Shown here one piece after another: positions 37,521 to 46,089 of a stretch of DNA of 64,000 nucleotides. The position numbers were made by a program, and so were the translations under genes. The notes beneath the pieces are model-generated. The model saw nothing but the letters and a program-made list of their open reading frames with translations. It did no database searches and was not told the DNA's origin. Positions within the stretch are counted from its first letter, which is position 1. The number at the start of each line of letters is the position of its first letter. The stretch is from Polyangiales bacterium (lineage in GTDB: Bacteria > Myxococcota_A > Polyangia > Polyangiales > Houyiibacteriaceae), in the NCBI GenBank assembly GCA_035466435.1, contig DATIUW010000324.1:1208-65207 (forward strand). Direction: 5' to 3'.

Positions 37521-38267
37521 TCAGCCGAAACCCGCAATCGGACCCCAGGGGGGCTCTGCTGGAACGTCCGCCGGCTCTCCTTGTACCTCGATTTCGTCCT
37601 CCGGGATGAATCGCGGAGAGTCGACACAGAGAATCGTCTGGTGGCGTTCGGTCGGATTGAAGTAGCTGTGCGCAGCGCCGCGCGGCCAACGATGCACCGT
37701 TCCTGGCGCGCATGGTTGCCCCTGGCAGAGCAGGCCATCGCTCAGGACCATCTCGGATTCGCGCATTTGCTGATGTACGTGGAGCGGGATCCCCTTGCCG
37801 GGCGCCACGTTCAACCGGTAGATGCCGGCGCCTTTCGTCTCGTGGATGATGTCGACCGTACCGAATGGCTTGTGCTCGACCTCGAAGCTGCACCAGTCCG
37901 CGCGTCGTTCGATCTCGAGCGACGGGATGGCAAATCCGCGCAGCGCGCCGGGCTTGCTCAGGCGTACGATCGCCGAGTCGACCTGAGCCCGCCGCTCGTC
38001 GGGCGCAGGCGGGGCCAGTATGTAGCGGGCGAGCACGTGCGCAGCCGTTTCGAGAAGACGAAAGCGGCAGCTCCGCAGAAGGAACACCAATTGGGACGCC
38101 ACGGCCGCATAGTCGACCGTCGCACGGAGGCTTTCCTTGACCGCGGAAGCCTCGGTGCAAAGCCGCATCTCGACGTCGACGCGGAGCGGTTGGGAGGCGT
38201 TCCGCTCGTGGGGATAGACTCCCACTACGCAGTCCACCATCAGCTCCTCGATCCGCAGGACGTCCAT
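37521..38267 (-). CDS. Dihydroneopterin aldolase (FolB/FolX)-like domain fused to a cupin domain
   Basis: N-terminal half: 'VGVYPHER', 'TVDYAAV', 'LLETAAH', 'RLSKPGAL' (collinear with E. coli FolB). C-terminal half has both cupin motifs: 'PLHVHQQMRESEMVLSDG' and 'GTVHRWPRGAAHSYFN'. I preferred the ATG at 38267. The track start at 38342 would overlap the divergent gene. Confidence 0.75.
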   Translation of the reverse strand: MDVLRIEELMVDCVVGVYPHERNASQPLRVDVEMRLCTEASAVKESLRATVDYAAVASQLVFLLRSCRFRLLETAAHVLARYILAPPAPDERRAQVDSAIVRLSKPGALRGFAIPSLEIERRADWCSFEVEHKPFGTVDIIHETKGAGIYRLNVAPGKGIPLHVHQQMRESEMVLSDGLLCQGQPCAPGTVHRWPRGAAHSYFNPTERHQTILCVDSPRFIPEDEIEVQGEPADVPAEPPWGPIAGFG

Positions 38268-38316
38268 CCGGCGAAGGCTATCGCATTTCACGACTTCTGC
38301 TAGAGTTCCGCAGCCC

Positions 38317-39594
38317 ATGAGCGATCCGAGGTCGAGTCCCATCAGCGATGTCGCCGAAGTGGCGGCGTTTCGCCCGGTGCCGCGAACGGGCGTGATCTAC
38401 GTCACCGTCGAAGCGCAGAAGCGCGGCTACGTCCACGATGCGCCGGACTGGTGTAACCTGGGCCAGGGGCAACCCGACACGTCGCCGCTCGAGGGCGCTC
38501 CCGAGCGCGTGACGAGCATCGACGTGCACCCGGGCGACCTCGACTACGCTCCGATACCCGGCGTGTGGGAGCTTCGGGAAGCGGTCGCAGGACTCTACAA
38601 TCAGCTCTTCCGCCGCGGAATGAAGTCCCAGTATTCGGCGGAAAACGTCGCCATCGCCGGAGGCGGACGTGTGGCCGTGATGCGGGCATGCGCCGCGATT
38701 GCACCCATTCACTTGGGCCACTTTCTGCCTGACTACACGGCATACGAGGAGCTTCTCGACGTGTTTCGGCGGTTCTTGCCGATTCCCATCCTCCTCGATC
38801 CGAAGCATGGCTACGAGTTCACCCAGCGGGAGCTCGAACAGGAGATTCTCGGACGTGGCCTGAGCGCGATCCTTGCGAGCAACCCCTGCAATCCGACCGG
38901 AAAGGTGGTGCAAGGAGATGCGCTCGCCGGATGGGTGGAAACCGCGAGGAATCTCGGCTGCGCCCTACTCCTCGACGAGTTCTACTCTCACTATGTCTGG
39001 ACGGGCGAACGATCGATCATCAGCGCGACTGAGTACGTCGAAGACGTCGACGAGGATCCGGTCGTCGTGTTCGATGGGCTGACCAAGAACTGGCGCTATC
39101 CAGGATTTCGGGTGAGCTGGATAGTCGGTCCGCAGCGGGTGATCGAGTCTGCCGCAAGCGCTGGATCGTTTCTCGACGGCGGAGGCGTGGCGCCGGTTCA
39201 GCGTGCGGCCGTCGATCTCGTCCAAGAGGCGCCGACGTTGCAGGAAACGGCCGCCATCCAAGCCGAGTTCGAGAAGAAGCGGAACTTCTTGGTCGAAGGG
39301 CTGAAGGGGATGGGCGTCCGATTCGATCTGGAGCCGCAAGGCACCTTCTACGCATGGGGAGATTTGAGCGGGCTCCCGGCGTCGCTTCGCAACAGCGACG
39401 ACTTTTTCAAAGCCGCCCTCGACCACCAGGTGATTTGCGTGCCCGGCCACTTTTTCGACGTGAACCCGGGAAAGCGCCGGACCGGCCGGCCATCTCGCTT
39501 CGTCCAACACGTCCGGTTCTCGTTCGGGCCGCCCATGGGCGTGCTCGAGGAGGCGCTCGGGCGGCTCGATGCGATGGTGCGCAACGCAGATTAG
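38317..39594 (+). CDS. Pyridoxal-phosphate-dependent aminotransferase, class I/II
   Basis: 'SNPCNPTGKV', 'LLDEFYSHY' and 'GLTKNWRYPGFRVSW' (PLP-Lys region) are present. Substrate cannot be assigned. Confidence 0.8.
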   Translation: MSDPRSSPISDVAEVAAFRPVPRTGVIYVTVEAQKRGYVHDAPDWCNLGQGQPDTSPLEGAPERVTSIDVHPGDLDYAPIPGVWELREAVAGLYNQLFRRGMKSQYSAENVAIAGGGRVAVMRACAAIAPIHLGHFLPDYTAYEELLDVFRRFLPIPILLDPKHGYEFTQRELEQEILGRGLSAILASNPCNPTGKVVQGDALAGWVETARNLGCALLLDEFYSHYVWTGERSIISATEYVEDVDEDPVVVFDGLTKNWRYPGFRVSWIVGPQRVIESAASAGSFLDGGGVAPVQRAAVDLVQEAPTLQETAAIQAEFEKKRNFLVEGLKGMGVRFDLEPQGTFYAWGDLSGLPASLRNSDDFFKAALDHQVICVPGHFFDVNPGKRRTGRPSRFVQHVRFSFGPPMGVLEEALGRLDAMVRNAD

Positions 39595-39678
39595 CGATCT
39601 GCTCAACTCGGCGAAATCTGATCGGAATTCGCCCTAGGCACGCTGCTTTTTTCCGGATTTCGGCCTGTGTAGGCAACC

Positions 39679-40554
39679 ATGCTACACATGACGACATCCG
39701 CGGCGGTCGCAGCGAGGATCGAGAGGAAAGCCCGGGACGCGGGCCCCTTCGTGAAGTGGGCTGGAGGCAAAGGGCGGCTGCTCAGCCAGCTGCGGCCGCT
39801 TCTTCCTCCGGGTGTCGCCAAGATGCGGCACGTCGAGCCATTCGTCGGCGGAGGGGCCATGTTCTTTTCGCGCCAGCCGGAACGGGCCCTCTTGACAGAC
39901 ATCAACCCCGCGTTGGTCGACGCGTACCATGCCATCCGGGACGACGTGGATCGGGTCATCGACGCATTGGAAGAGCTTGCCGCCGGTCATTGCAAGGAAC
40001 GCTACTACCAGGTCCGCGAACGCTACAACCGTCGCACGAGCCTCGCCGCCCCGAAACGCGCGGCGATGTTCGTCTACTTGAACAAGACCTGCTTCAACGG
40101 TCTGCACCGCGTGAATCGCAAGGGCGAGTTCAACGTGCCTTTCGGCTCGTACAAGAATCCGCGCATCTTGAACGAGGGGGGTCTCAGAGCCGCAAGCCAT
40201 GCGCTCCGTGTCGCAGAGCTTCGCTGCGCCTCTTTCGAGGGCCTGCTCGAAACCGCCAAACCCGGTGACTTCATTTATTTCGATCCGCCGTACGAGCCGG
40301 TGTCGACGACTGCAAGCTTCACCTCCTATGCGCGAGATGGATTCTCGCGAGATGATCAACGCCGGCTGGCCGAGGTCTTTGGAGCGCTCGACCGCAGAGG
40401 GTGCAAGCTGATGTTGTCCAACAGCGACGTCCCTTTCATCCGTGACCTATATCGACGCTTCGAAGTGGACACCGTCGCCGCGCCTCGCGCGATCAACTGC
40501 GACGCGGCGAAGCGTGGCAAGGTGACCGAGGTCGTAGTCCGCAACTACGGTTGA
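39679..40554 (+). CDS. dam: DNA adenine methyltransferase, Dam family (alpha-class N6-MTase)
   Basis: Collinear with E. coli Dam: 'FVKWAGGKGRLL', 'EPFVGGGAMFF', 'LNKTCFNGLHRVNRKGEFNVPFG', 'IYFDPPYEP', 'LSNSD'. Target specificity (GATC?) is not proven. Confidence 0.88.
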   Translation: MLHMTTSAAVAARIERKARDAGPFVKWAGGKGRLLSQLRPLLPPGVAKMRHVEPFVGGGAMFFSRQPERALLTDINPALVDAYHAIRDDVDRVIDALEELAAGHCKERYYQVRERYNRRTSLAAPKRAAMFVYLNKTCFNGLHRVNRKGEFNVPFGSYKNPRILNEGGLRAASHALRVAELRCASFEGLLETAKPGDFIYFDPPYEPVSTTASFTSYARDGFSRDDQRRLAEVFGALDRRGCKLMLSNSDVPFIRDLYRRFEVDTVAAPRAINCDAAKRGKVTEVVVRNYG

Positions 40555-40603
40555 AAAGCGCCATTCCCTTTCGGACGGAATGGACTACGCTGAATCCTGA
40601 TTC

Positions 40604-42007
40604 GTGCGAACTCCAAGTTCAGTCCCGTTCTTGCTGGCTGCGTTTCTGGTCGCTGCCGGCGCGTGTAAGAAGGAGCACCCTCCGGCTCCGAAGCCCGCGC
40701 TCGGGAGGAGCTCGGAGGAAGGTCCGCTCCTGCGCGCCGGGCGGACGCACGTCATCTTCCTGATCATCGACACGCTCAGAGCCGACAAAATGGGCGCGTA
40801 TGGCTTCGCATCACCGACCTCTCCCGAGCTCGATCGCTTTGCCGCGGCGGGGGTTCGATTCGAAAACGTCATCGCGCAGTGCTCGTGGACGCGGCCTTCG
40901 ATTGGCAGCATGTTGACCGGCCGATACCCGAGGAGCCTCGGCTTGTACGAGGAAGAAGGTGAGCGTCTGGGCAGCAGTCACCAGACCCTTGCCGAAGTCT
41001 TCGATGCGCACGGCTACACGACCATCGGCGTCACCGCCAATCCGAACATCAATGCAGTCTTTGGTTTCGATCAGGGCTTCGATGCGTACGTGGACAGTCG
41101 ACGCATCTGGCCTTGGATGAAAGACGATGACGCGGACGCGCGAAAGAAGGCCACCTACCCCGGCCAGCTCATGCCGGCTACCGAGGTGTTCGAGCACGTC
41201 TGGCGACTCCTCCCGAAGCACCCCGAGGGCCCCTACTTCGTACAGCTCAACATCATGGAGATGCACGGATGGGGCCCCCGCATCCGCGACGAGCTGCAGG
41301 ACGCCTTCGAGGGAGAGAAAGACGCCCAGTACCTCGCGAAGCTGCGGCAAGCATCCATCGACGTGGGTGCCTTCGTGAGCCGATGGCTTTCGACCGAAGG
41401 GCTCGAAGATACACTGCTCGTCATCACCAGCGACCACGGAGAAGGGCTGAGCGACCATCCGGGGATTGAAAACGCGCACGGACACGGGCTCACCCTGTAC
41501 GAGACGCAACTGCGGGTTCCGCTGATCCTCTATCACTCCAAGGGTGCCCTCGGGCGCGGAGTCGTGATCGAGCGCCCCGTCCGCGTCATGGATCTCCACC
41601 CCACGCTCGTCGATCTCTTTGGTTTCGAGGTCGATCGGGACATCGATGGCGTTTCGCTCAGGCCGCTGATCACCGACCCGGGCAGCGACATCCCACTCCC
41701 CGAGCTGTTCGTGGCCGAGACCTACTTTCAGGACGCTGAGAAGCAGTCGGTGTACGCGGCGAGTTGGAACTACTACAAGAACATGGATGGCTGGAAAGGC
41801 ATGGATCCGACCGAGCTGCAGCGGCCGGGGTCGCCGGAGCTCGGCTCCCGCACCAACCAAATCATCCGCCACCCAGACCAGGCGGCCCGCTTCGAGACCT
41901 TTCTCGAGGAGTGGGAGCGCCAGCACGAGAAATCGGATCCGATCGTCGATGGCAACCTACCCGACGAGCTGATCGAGCAACTCCGGGCGATCGGCTATCT
42001 CGACTGA
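40604..42007 (+). CDS. Sulfatase-like hydrolase/transferase (alkaline-phosphatase superfamily), probable lipoprotein
   Basis: Has signal/lipobox 'FLLAAFLVAAGAC', the metal site 'IIDTLRAD', 'CSWTRPSIGSMLTGRYP' (no CxPxR) and 'ITSDHGE'. Confidence 0.8.
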   Translation: MRTPSSVPFLLAAFLVAAGACKKEHPPAPKPALGRSSEEGPLLRAGRTHVIFLIIDTLRADKMGAYGFASPTSPELDRFAAAGVRFENVIAQCSWTRPSIGSMLTGRYPRSLGLYEEEGERLGSSHQTLAEVFDAHGYTTIGVTANPNINAVFGFDQGFDAYVDSRRIWPWMKDDDADARKKATYPGQLMPATEVFEHVWRLLPKHPEGPYFVQLNIMEMHGWGPRIRDELQDAFEGEKDAQYLAKLRQASIDVGAFVSRWLSTEGLEDTLLVITSDHGEGLSDHPGIENAHGHGLTLYETQLRVPLILYHSKGALGRGVVIERPVRVMDLHPTLVDLFGFEVDRDIDGVSLRPLITDPGSDIPLPELFVAETYFQDAEKQSVYAASWNYYKNMDGWKGMDPTELQRPGSPELGSRTNQIIRHPDQAARFETFLEEWERQHEKSDPIVDGNLPDELIEQLRAIGYLD

Positions 42008-42222
42008 TCCTCGTTCCGAATGGTCGGCCGCCCGGCGGCCCGTTGCTCCTCGGCAGAGTATGGGCAGTGTCGGCATCCGGACCCGCAACACCGGCCCCGG
42101 GCGCGAAGGGTCGCTTCCGTCATGACGAATAGGCGGGTGTCCGGGTCGAGGTACCCTTGATCGCCACGCCTCATCGCCGCGCGGTGAGCTTCGACGACGT
42201 GTGGTGGGAGCCTGTCGGACAC
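41995..42222 (-). CDS. DUF5522-like small protein
   Basis: The 75-aa product carries 'CCGSGCRHCPY', which I recognise as the DUF5522 signature. It overlaps the sulfatase 3' end convergently by 13 nt. Confidence 0.6.
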   Translation of the reverse strand: MSDRLPPHVVEAHRAAMRRGDQGYLDPDTRLFVMTEATLRARGRCCGSGCRHCPYSAEEQRAAGRPTIRNEDQSR

Positions 42223-42269
42223 GGCCGGACTCTGGGGCCCGTCACTCCGGCCGCAAGCCGTCGAGGCGG

Positions 42270-43082
42270 CTACTCGAGCGTGATTCCCGACGCCCTCACG
42301 AACTCCGCAGTCGCGGGATGCTCGCTCCGCATGAGCTCCGCCTTGGTGCCCGACGCCACGATTCGTCCCTCGTGCAGGAAGCTCAAGTAGTTTGCGATGC
42401 GCATGACTGAGGCCATGTCGTGGCTGATCACTATCGAAGTCACCCCGAACATCTCTTCGGCCTCGACGATCAGGTCGTCCACCATTTCGGTGGTAATCGG
42501 ATCGAGGCCCGTCGTGGGTTCATCGTAGATCAGTATCTCGCTTTCCATGATCATCGCTCTCGCCACGGCAACGCGTTTCTGCATGCCGCCGGAGAGCTCT
42601 GCAGGCAGCTTGTGAGCCGCGGCGGCGACCCCCAAAGCGGACAAACGCGCCATCACGCGATCGCGTACGTCCTTCCGCGAGAGCCGCGTGTGCTCGCGGA
42701 GGGGGAATGCGACGTTGTCGAAGACGGTCATGGAGTCGAAGAGGGCCGACATTTGAAACACCATGCCGAACGTGCGGCGCATCGCCGCGAGCTCCAGACC
42801 TTCGAGCTTCGCGAAGTCGATCCCATTGACGAGCAGCTTTCCGGAATCGGGCCTTTCGAGCCGTATGAGCTGGCGCATCAACACGGTCTTGCCGGAACCG
42901 GAAGGACCGATGATCAGGTTGGTCTTGCCCCTATGGATGTCGAGCGAAACTCCCTTCAAGACGTGCTGCTCTCCATAACTCTTGTGTATGTCGACGATGC
43001 GGACGTGGATGGGATCGTCCTTCGTCTGCGGAGGCAGCGAAGCACGTGCGAGCCGCATCGCGTTGCGCCCGAAGATCTTCAT
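42270..43082 (-). CDS. mlaF: ABC transporter ATP-binding protein, MlaF-like
   Basis: Has Walker A 'GPSGSGKT', the signature 'LSGGMQKRVAVARA' and Walker B 'ILIYDEPTTGLD'. It follows the MlaE-like permease through a TGATG junction. Confidence 0.85.
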   Translation of the reverse strand: MKIFGRNAMRLARASLPPQTKDDPIHVRIVDIHKSYGEQHVLKGVSLDIHRGKTNLIIGPSGSGKTVLMRQLIRLERPDSGKLLVNGIDFAKLEGLELAAMRRTFGMVFQMSALFDSMTVFDNVAFPLREHTRLSRKDVRDRVMARLSALGVAAAAHKLPAELSGGMQKRVAVARAMIMESEILIYDEPTTGLDPITTEMVDDLIVEAEEMFGVTSIVISHDMASVMRIANYLSFLHEGRIVASGTKAELMRSEHPATAEFVRASGITLE

Positions 43083-43927
43083 CAGAAGAAACCTTGACCC
43101 AAGATCAGGCTAGTCACGAGGTAGTCGAGCATGAGGATCGCGATCGCGCTCTGAACGACCGCACGATTCGTCGCCCGGCCGACGCCGGCTGCGCCGCCCT
43201 TTGCATAGAAGCCTTGGCGGCACGCGATCAGGGTCACCGCAATGCCAAATACCATCGCCTTGATCAAGCCCTGCGAAACGTCCTCCCAGTCTACGAGCCA
43301 CCGCAGGCGGTCCATGAAGACCCCTGGGTCGAGCCCGAGCAGGCTCACCGCGACGAAGAACGCACCGAACACTCCGACCACGTTGAAGAGCATCGTCAGC
43401 ACGGGCACCATGACGAGCCCGGCCACCAGACGCGGCACCACCAAGAACTGGACGGGATTGATGGCCATCGTGATCAGCGCATCGATCTGGCTGGTCACCC
43501 GCATCGAACCGAGCTCCGTCGTCATCGCGCTGCCCGCGCGGCTCGTGACCATCAACGCAGCGAACACCGGTCCCACCTCGCGGGCAAGAGCCAGGCCGAT
43601 GACTGCACCACTTTGGTTCTCTGCCCCGAAGTCGCGGAAGCCGTCGACGAGCTGGAGGGCCAGGACGCCTCCTACGAAAAGCGCGGTCAACGAGACGATG
43701 AAGATCGAGCCGATGCCGACGAACTCCATGGCCTCGACGAGAAGCCGACCGCGATAAGGCGGGCGAATGCCCCAGAACAAGGCCTCCCCGAACAGCTCGA
43801 AGAGACCGCCGAGCTCGACGAACGGCGCGAGAAGCAGCTTCACGAGCCATTCGCCCGCATCGCGCAAGGACGTGCGCCGCTTCGACGACTCTTCTGGGTC
43901 GGACGCAGTGGGCGCGGCGTCAGGCAC
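43082..43927 (-). CDS. mlaE: ABC transporter permease, MlaE-like
   Basis: Polytopic membrane protein of the MlaE/Ttg2B type ('EMGPVFAALM'-like 'REVGPVFAALMVTSRAGSAMTTELGSMRVTSQIDAL'). Confidence 0.8.
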   Translation of the reverse strand: MPDAAPTASDPEESSKRRTSLRDAGEWLVKLLLAPFVELGGLFELFGEALFWGIRPPYRGRLLVEAMEFVGIGSIFIVSLTALFVGGVLALQLVDGFRDFGAENQSGAVIGLALAREVGPVFAALMVTSRAGSAMTTELGSMRVTSQIDALITMAINPVQFLVVPRLVAGLVMVPVLTMLFNVVGVFGAFFVAVSLLGLDPGVFMDRLRWLVDWEDVSQGLIKAMVFGIAVTLIACRQGFYAKGGAAGVGRATNRAVVQSAIAILMLDYLVTSLILGQGFF

Positions 43928-43959
43928 GAGGCTTCATAGCATGGTTCGGCGCGGGACCG

Positions 43960-45114
43960 TCAGGCGTTGAGATAGAGGCGAGGCACGCGCCGGGACACGT
44001 TGGTTAGAATTTCGTAGGGGATCGTTCTCGCCGCAGCGGCGAGATCCCTCGCGTCGAGCATGCCGCCATCCTGCCGTCCGAGAAGAAGCGCTTCGTCGCC
44101 GATGGCGACTCCGGGCACCTCCGTCACGTCGACCGTGGTGAGGTCCATCGAGATGTTTCCGACGATCGAGCAACGCACCCCGTGAATCAAGACCTCCCCT
44201 CGATTCGACGCCGAACGCAGCAAGCCGTCGCCGTAGCCCAGTGGGAGGGTAGCCAGGCGCGTTTCCCGTGCGGCGCGAAAGGAACGGCCGTAGCCGGCCG
44301 ACTCACCCGGCTGAAGTGTCCTCAGCTGCAAGACCTCGGTTCGCCAACGCATCGCAGGCCTCAAGGGCGCATCGATCGCGCTCGACCCGGGATAGCCGTA
44401 GATCGCGAGCCCCGGCCTCACCCAATCGAAGTGCGTTTCGGGATGGCGGAATAGAGCAGCGCTATTGGCCGCGTGCATGACGGCCGGCTCGTGGCCGAAC
44501 CGGCGGACCAGACCCTCCGCATGCTTGAACGCTGCGATTTGCTGCCCGACGTATTCGGGATCTGCATCGGCGGTCGACAGGTGCGTCATGAGCCCTGCGA
44601 CGCGGATCGAAGGAAAGCGGCGCAGCTCCCGGAGAAAAGCCGTCAGCTCTCGCAGCGGAACCCCTAGGCGCCCCATTCCGGTGTCGACCTTGAGGTGTAC
44701 GTCGAGAGGGCGGCCTCCGGCGACCGCGTCGAAGGCTCTCGCTTCGCTGATCTCGTAGACCACCGGGGTCAGCCCCGCGGCGATGATTTCTCGGTGTGCG
44801 CCGCCGTTGATGCCGTTGAGCACCAAGATCGCGCGGTCGATGCCTGCCTCGCGAAGCTCGATGCCCTCCTCCGCCAATGCAACCCCGAACCCGTCCACCC
44901 CTTCGGCCTGAAGCCGCCGGGCCACTGGAACCACGCCGTGCCCATAGGCGTCGGCCTTCACCACCGCGAGGACCCTGCGCCCCGGCGCGGCCGCGCGCAC
45001 TACCTGGAGATTGTGTGCGATCGCATCGAGCAGGATCTCCGCGCGCGTGGGGCGCAACGACGCTTCGGCGCGTCGCATCTCAGGCCGCAATGGTGTGGCA
45101 GAATCGAATTGCAC
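43960..45114 (-). CDS. alr: Alanine racemase
   Basis: The PLP-Lys motif 'AVVKADAYGHG' and 'YGYP' are present, with full-length similarity. An alternative start 12 codons downstream is possible. Confidence 0.92.
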   Translation of the reverse strand: MQFDSATPLRPEMRRAEASLRPTRAEILLDAIAHNLQVVRAAAPGRRVLAVVKADAYGHGVVPVARRLQAEGVDGFGVALAEEGIELREAGIDRAILVLNGINGGAHREIIAAGLTPVVYEISEARAFDAVAGGRPLDVHLKVDTGMGRLGVPLRELTAFLRELRRFPSIRVAGLMTHLSTADADPEYVGQQIAAFKHAEGLVRRFGHEPAVMHAANSAALFRHPETHFDWVRPGLAIYGYPGSSAIDAPLRPAMRWRTEVLQLRTLQPGESAGYGRSFRAARETRLATLPLGYGDGLLRSASNRGEVLIHGVRCSIVGNISMDLTTVDVTEVPGVAIGDEALLLGRQDGGMLDARDLAAAARTIPYEILTNVSRRVPRLYLNA

Positions 45115-45189
45115 CGCATGGAGCTACCGGTTGGCCAGGTCCGCGTCAAGCATTGGCGTCCCTACCGGCGGGGACTAGGCTCCTGCCTC

Positions 45190-46089
45190 ATGGCGAGGGC
45201 GGGAGGAGGTCGGCAGGAGGGAGCCAAGCGCGGGGACAACCGCGCGTCGGGGCTGCTTTGGGGTTCAGTCTTGTTGGGTGGCATTCTCGCCGCTGGCGTC
45301 GTGCTCGCACCTCGGCTTCGGGAGTCATCCGACGAGAAGGTCAGTCCGGTCGAGATAGCGCCCGAAGAAACACGGGGGCTGGGCGCCGCCCCCATCGTGG
45401 AAGAGCTCGCGGTCCGTGTGGTTCGGAAGTACCCGCACGCAGACGATGCATTCACCCAAGGCCTCATCTGGCATGGAGGCGTGCTCTACGAGAGCACCGG
45501 ACAGTACGGCGGCTCGTCATTGCGGAGAGTACGTCTCGAGGACGGCACGATTTTGGCCGAGCGCAAGCTCGAATCCGATCTCTTCGGCGAAGGACTGGCG
45601 CTGGTGGGTCAGCATCTCGTTCAACTCACTTGGCGGGAGGGCGTCGCCGTCGTGTCGGATGTCGGGTCGCTCGAGGAGCGAAAGAGGCTTCGTTATGCCG
45701 GCGAAGGTTGGGGGCTGTGCTTCGATGGCACTTCGCTCGTGATGAGCGACGGGTCGTCGATTCTGGAGTTTCGGGATCCCGAAACCATGGAGCTGGTCCG
45801 GGAGGTCACCGTGTCGAAGAACGGACGCCCAGTCCCGCGGCTCAACGAGCTCGAGTGCGTGGGCTCCGACGTCTACGCCAACATCTGGCAGCGCCAGGAG
45901 ATTCTGCGCATCGATGCAGCGACCGGCAGGGTCACCGGCTCCATCGATGCGAGCAACCTTCTCTCTCGGCGAGAGGCGCTGCGTGCCGACGTTCTCAACG
46001 GCATCGCGTACAAACCCGAAACCGACACGTTTCTATTGACTGGGAAGCTCTGGCCTCACGTATTCGAGGTCGAGCTGGTACCCCGATAG
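45190..46089 (+). CDS. Glutaminyl-peptide cyclotransferase (bacterial/plant beta-propeller type), membrane-anchored
   Basis: ATG at 45190. Has an N-terminal TM helix ('LLWGSVLLGGILAAGVVL'), then 'YPHADDAFTQGLIWHGGVLYESTGQYGGSSLR', 'EGWGLCFDG' and 'LNELECVGSDVYANIWQ'. The upstream part of the 464-aa track ORF is antisense to alr. Confidence 0.85.
   Translation: MARAGGGRQEGAKRGDNRASGLLWGSVLLGGILAAGVVLAPRLRESSDEKVSPVEIAPEETRGLGAAPIVEELAVRVVRKYPHADDAFTQGLIWHGGVLYESTGQYGGSSLRRVRLEDGTILAERKLESDLFGEGLALVGQHLVQLTWREGVAVVSDVGSLEERKRLRYAGEGWGLCFDGTSLVMSDGSSILEFRDPETMELVREVTVSKNGRPVPRLNELECVGSDVYANIWQRQEILRIDAATGRVTGSIDASNLLSRREALRADVLNGIAYKPETDTFLLTGKLWPHVFEVELVPR

Noticed and set aside
39597-39634. 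Two GATC sites in the dam leader as evidence of autoregulation
   Set aside because: GATC (especially CGATCG) is very frequent throughout this high-GC window, so two occurrences in 84 nt are not meaningful on their own. They are mentioned only as context in the dam finding.
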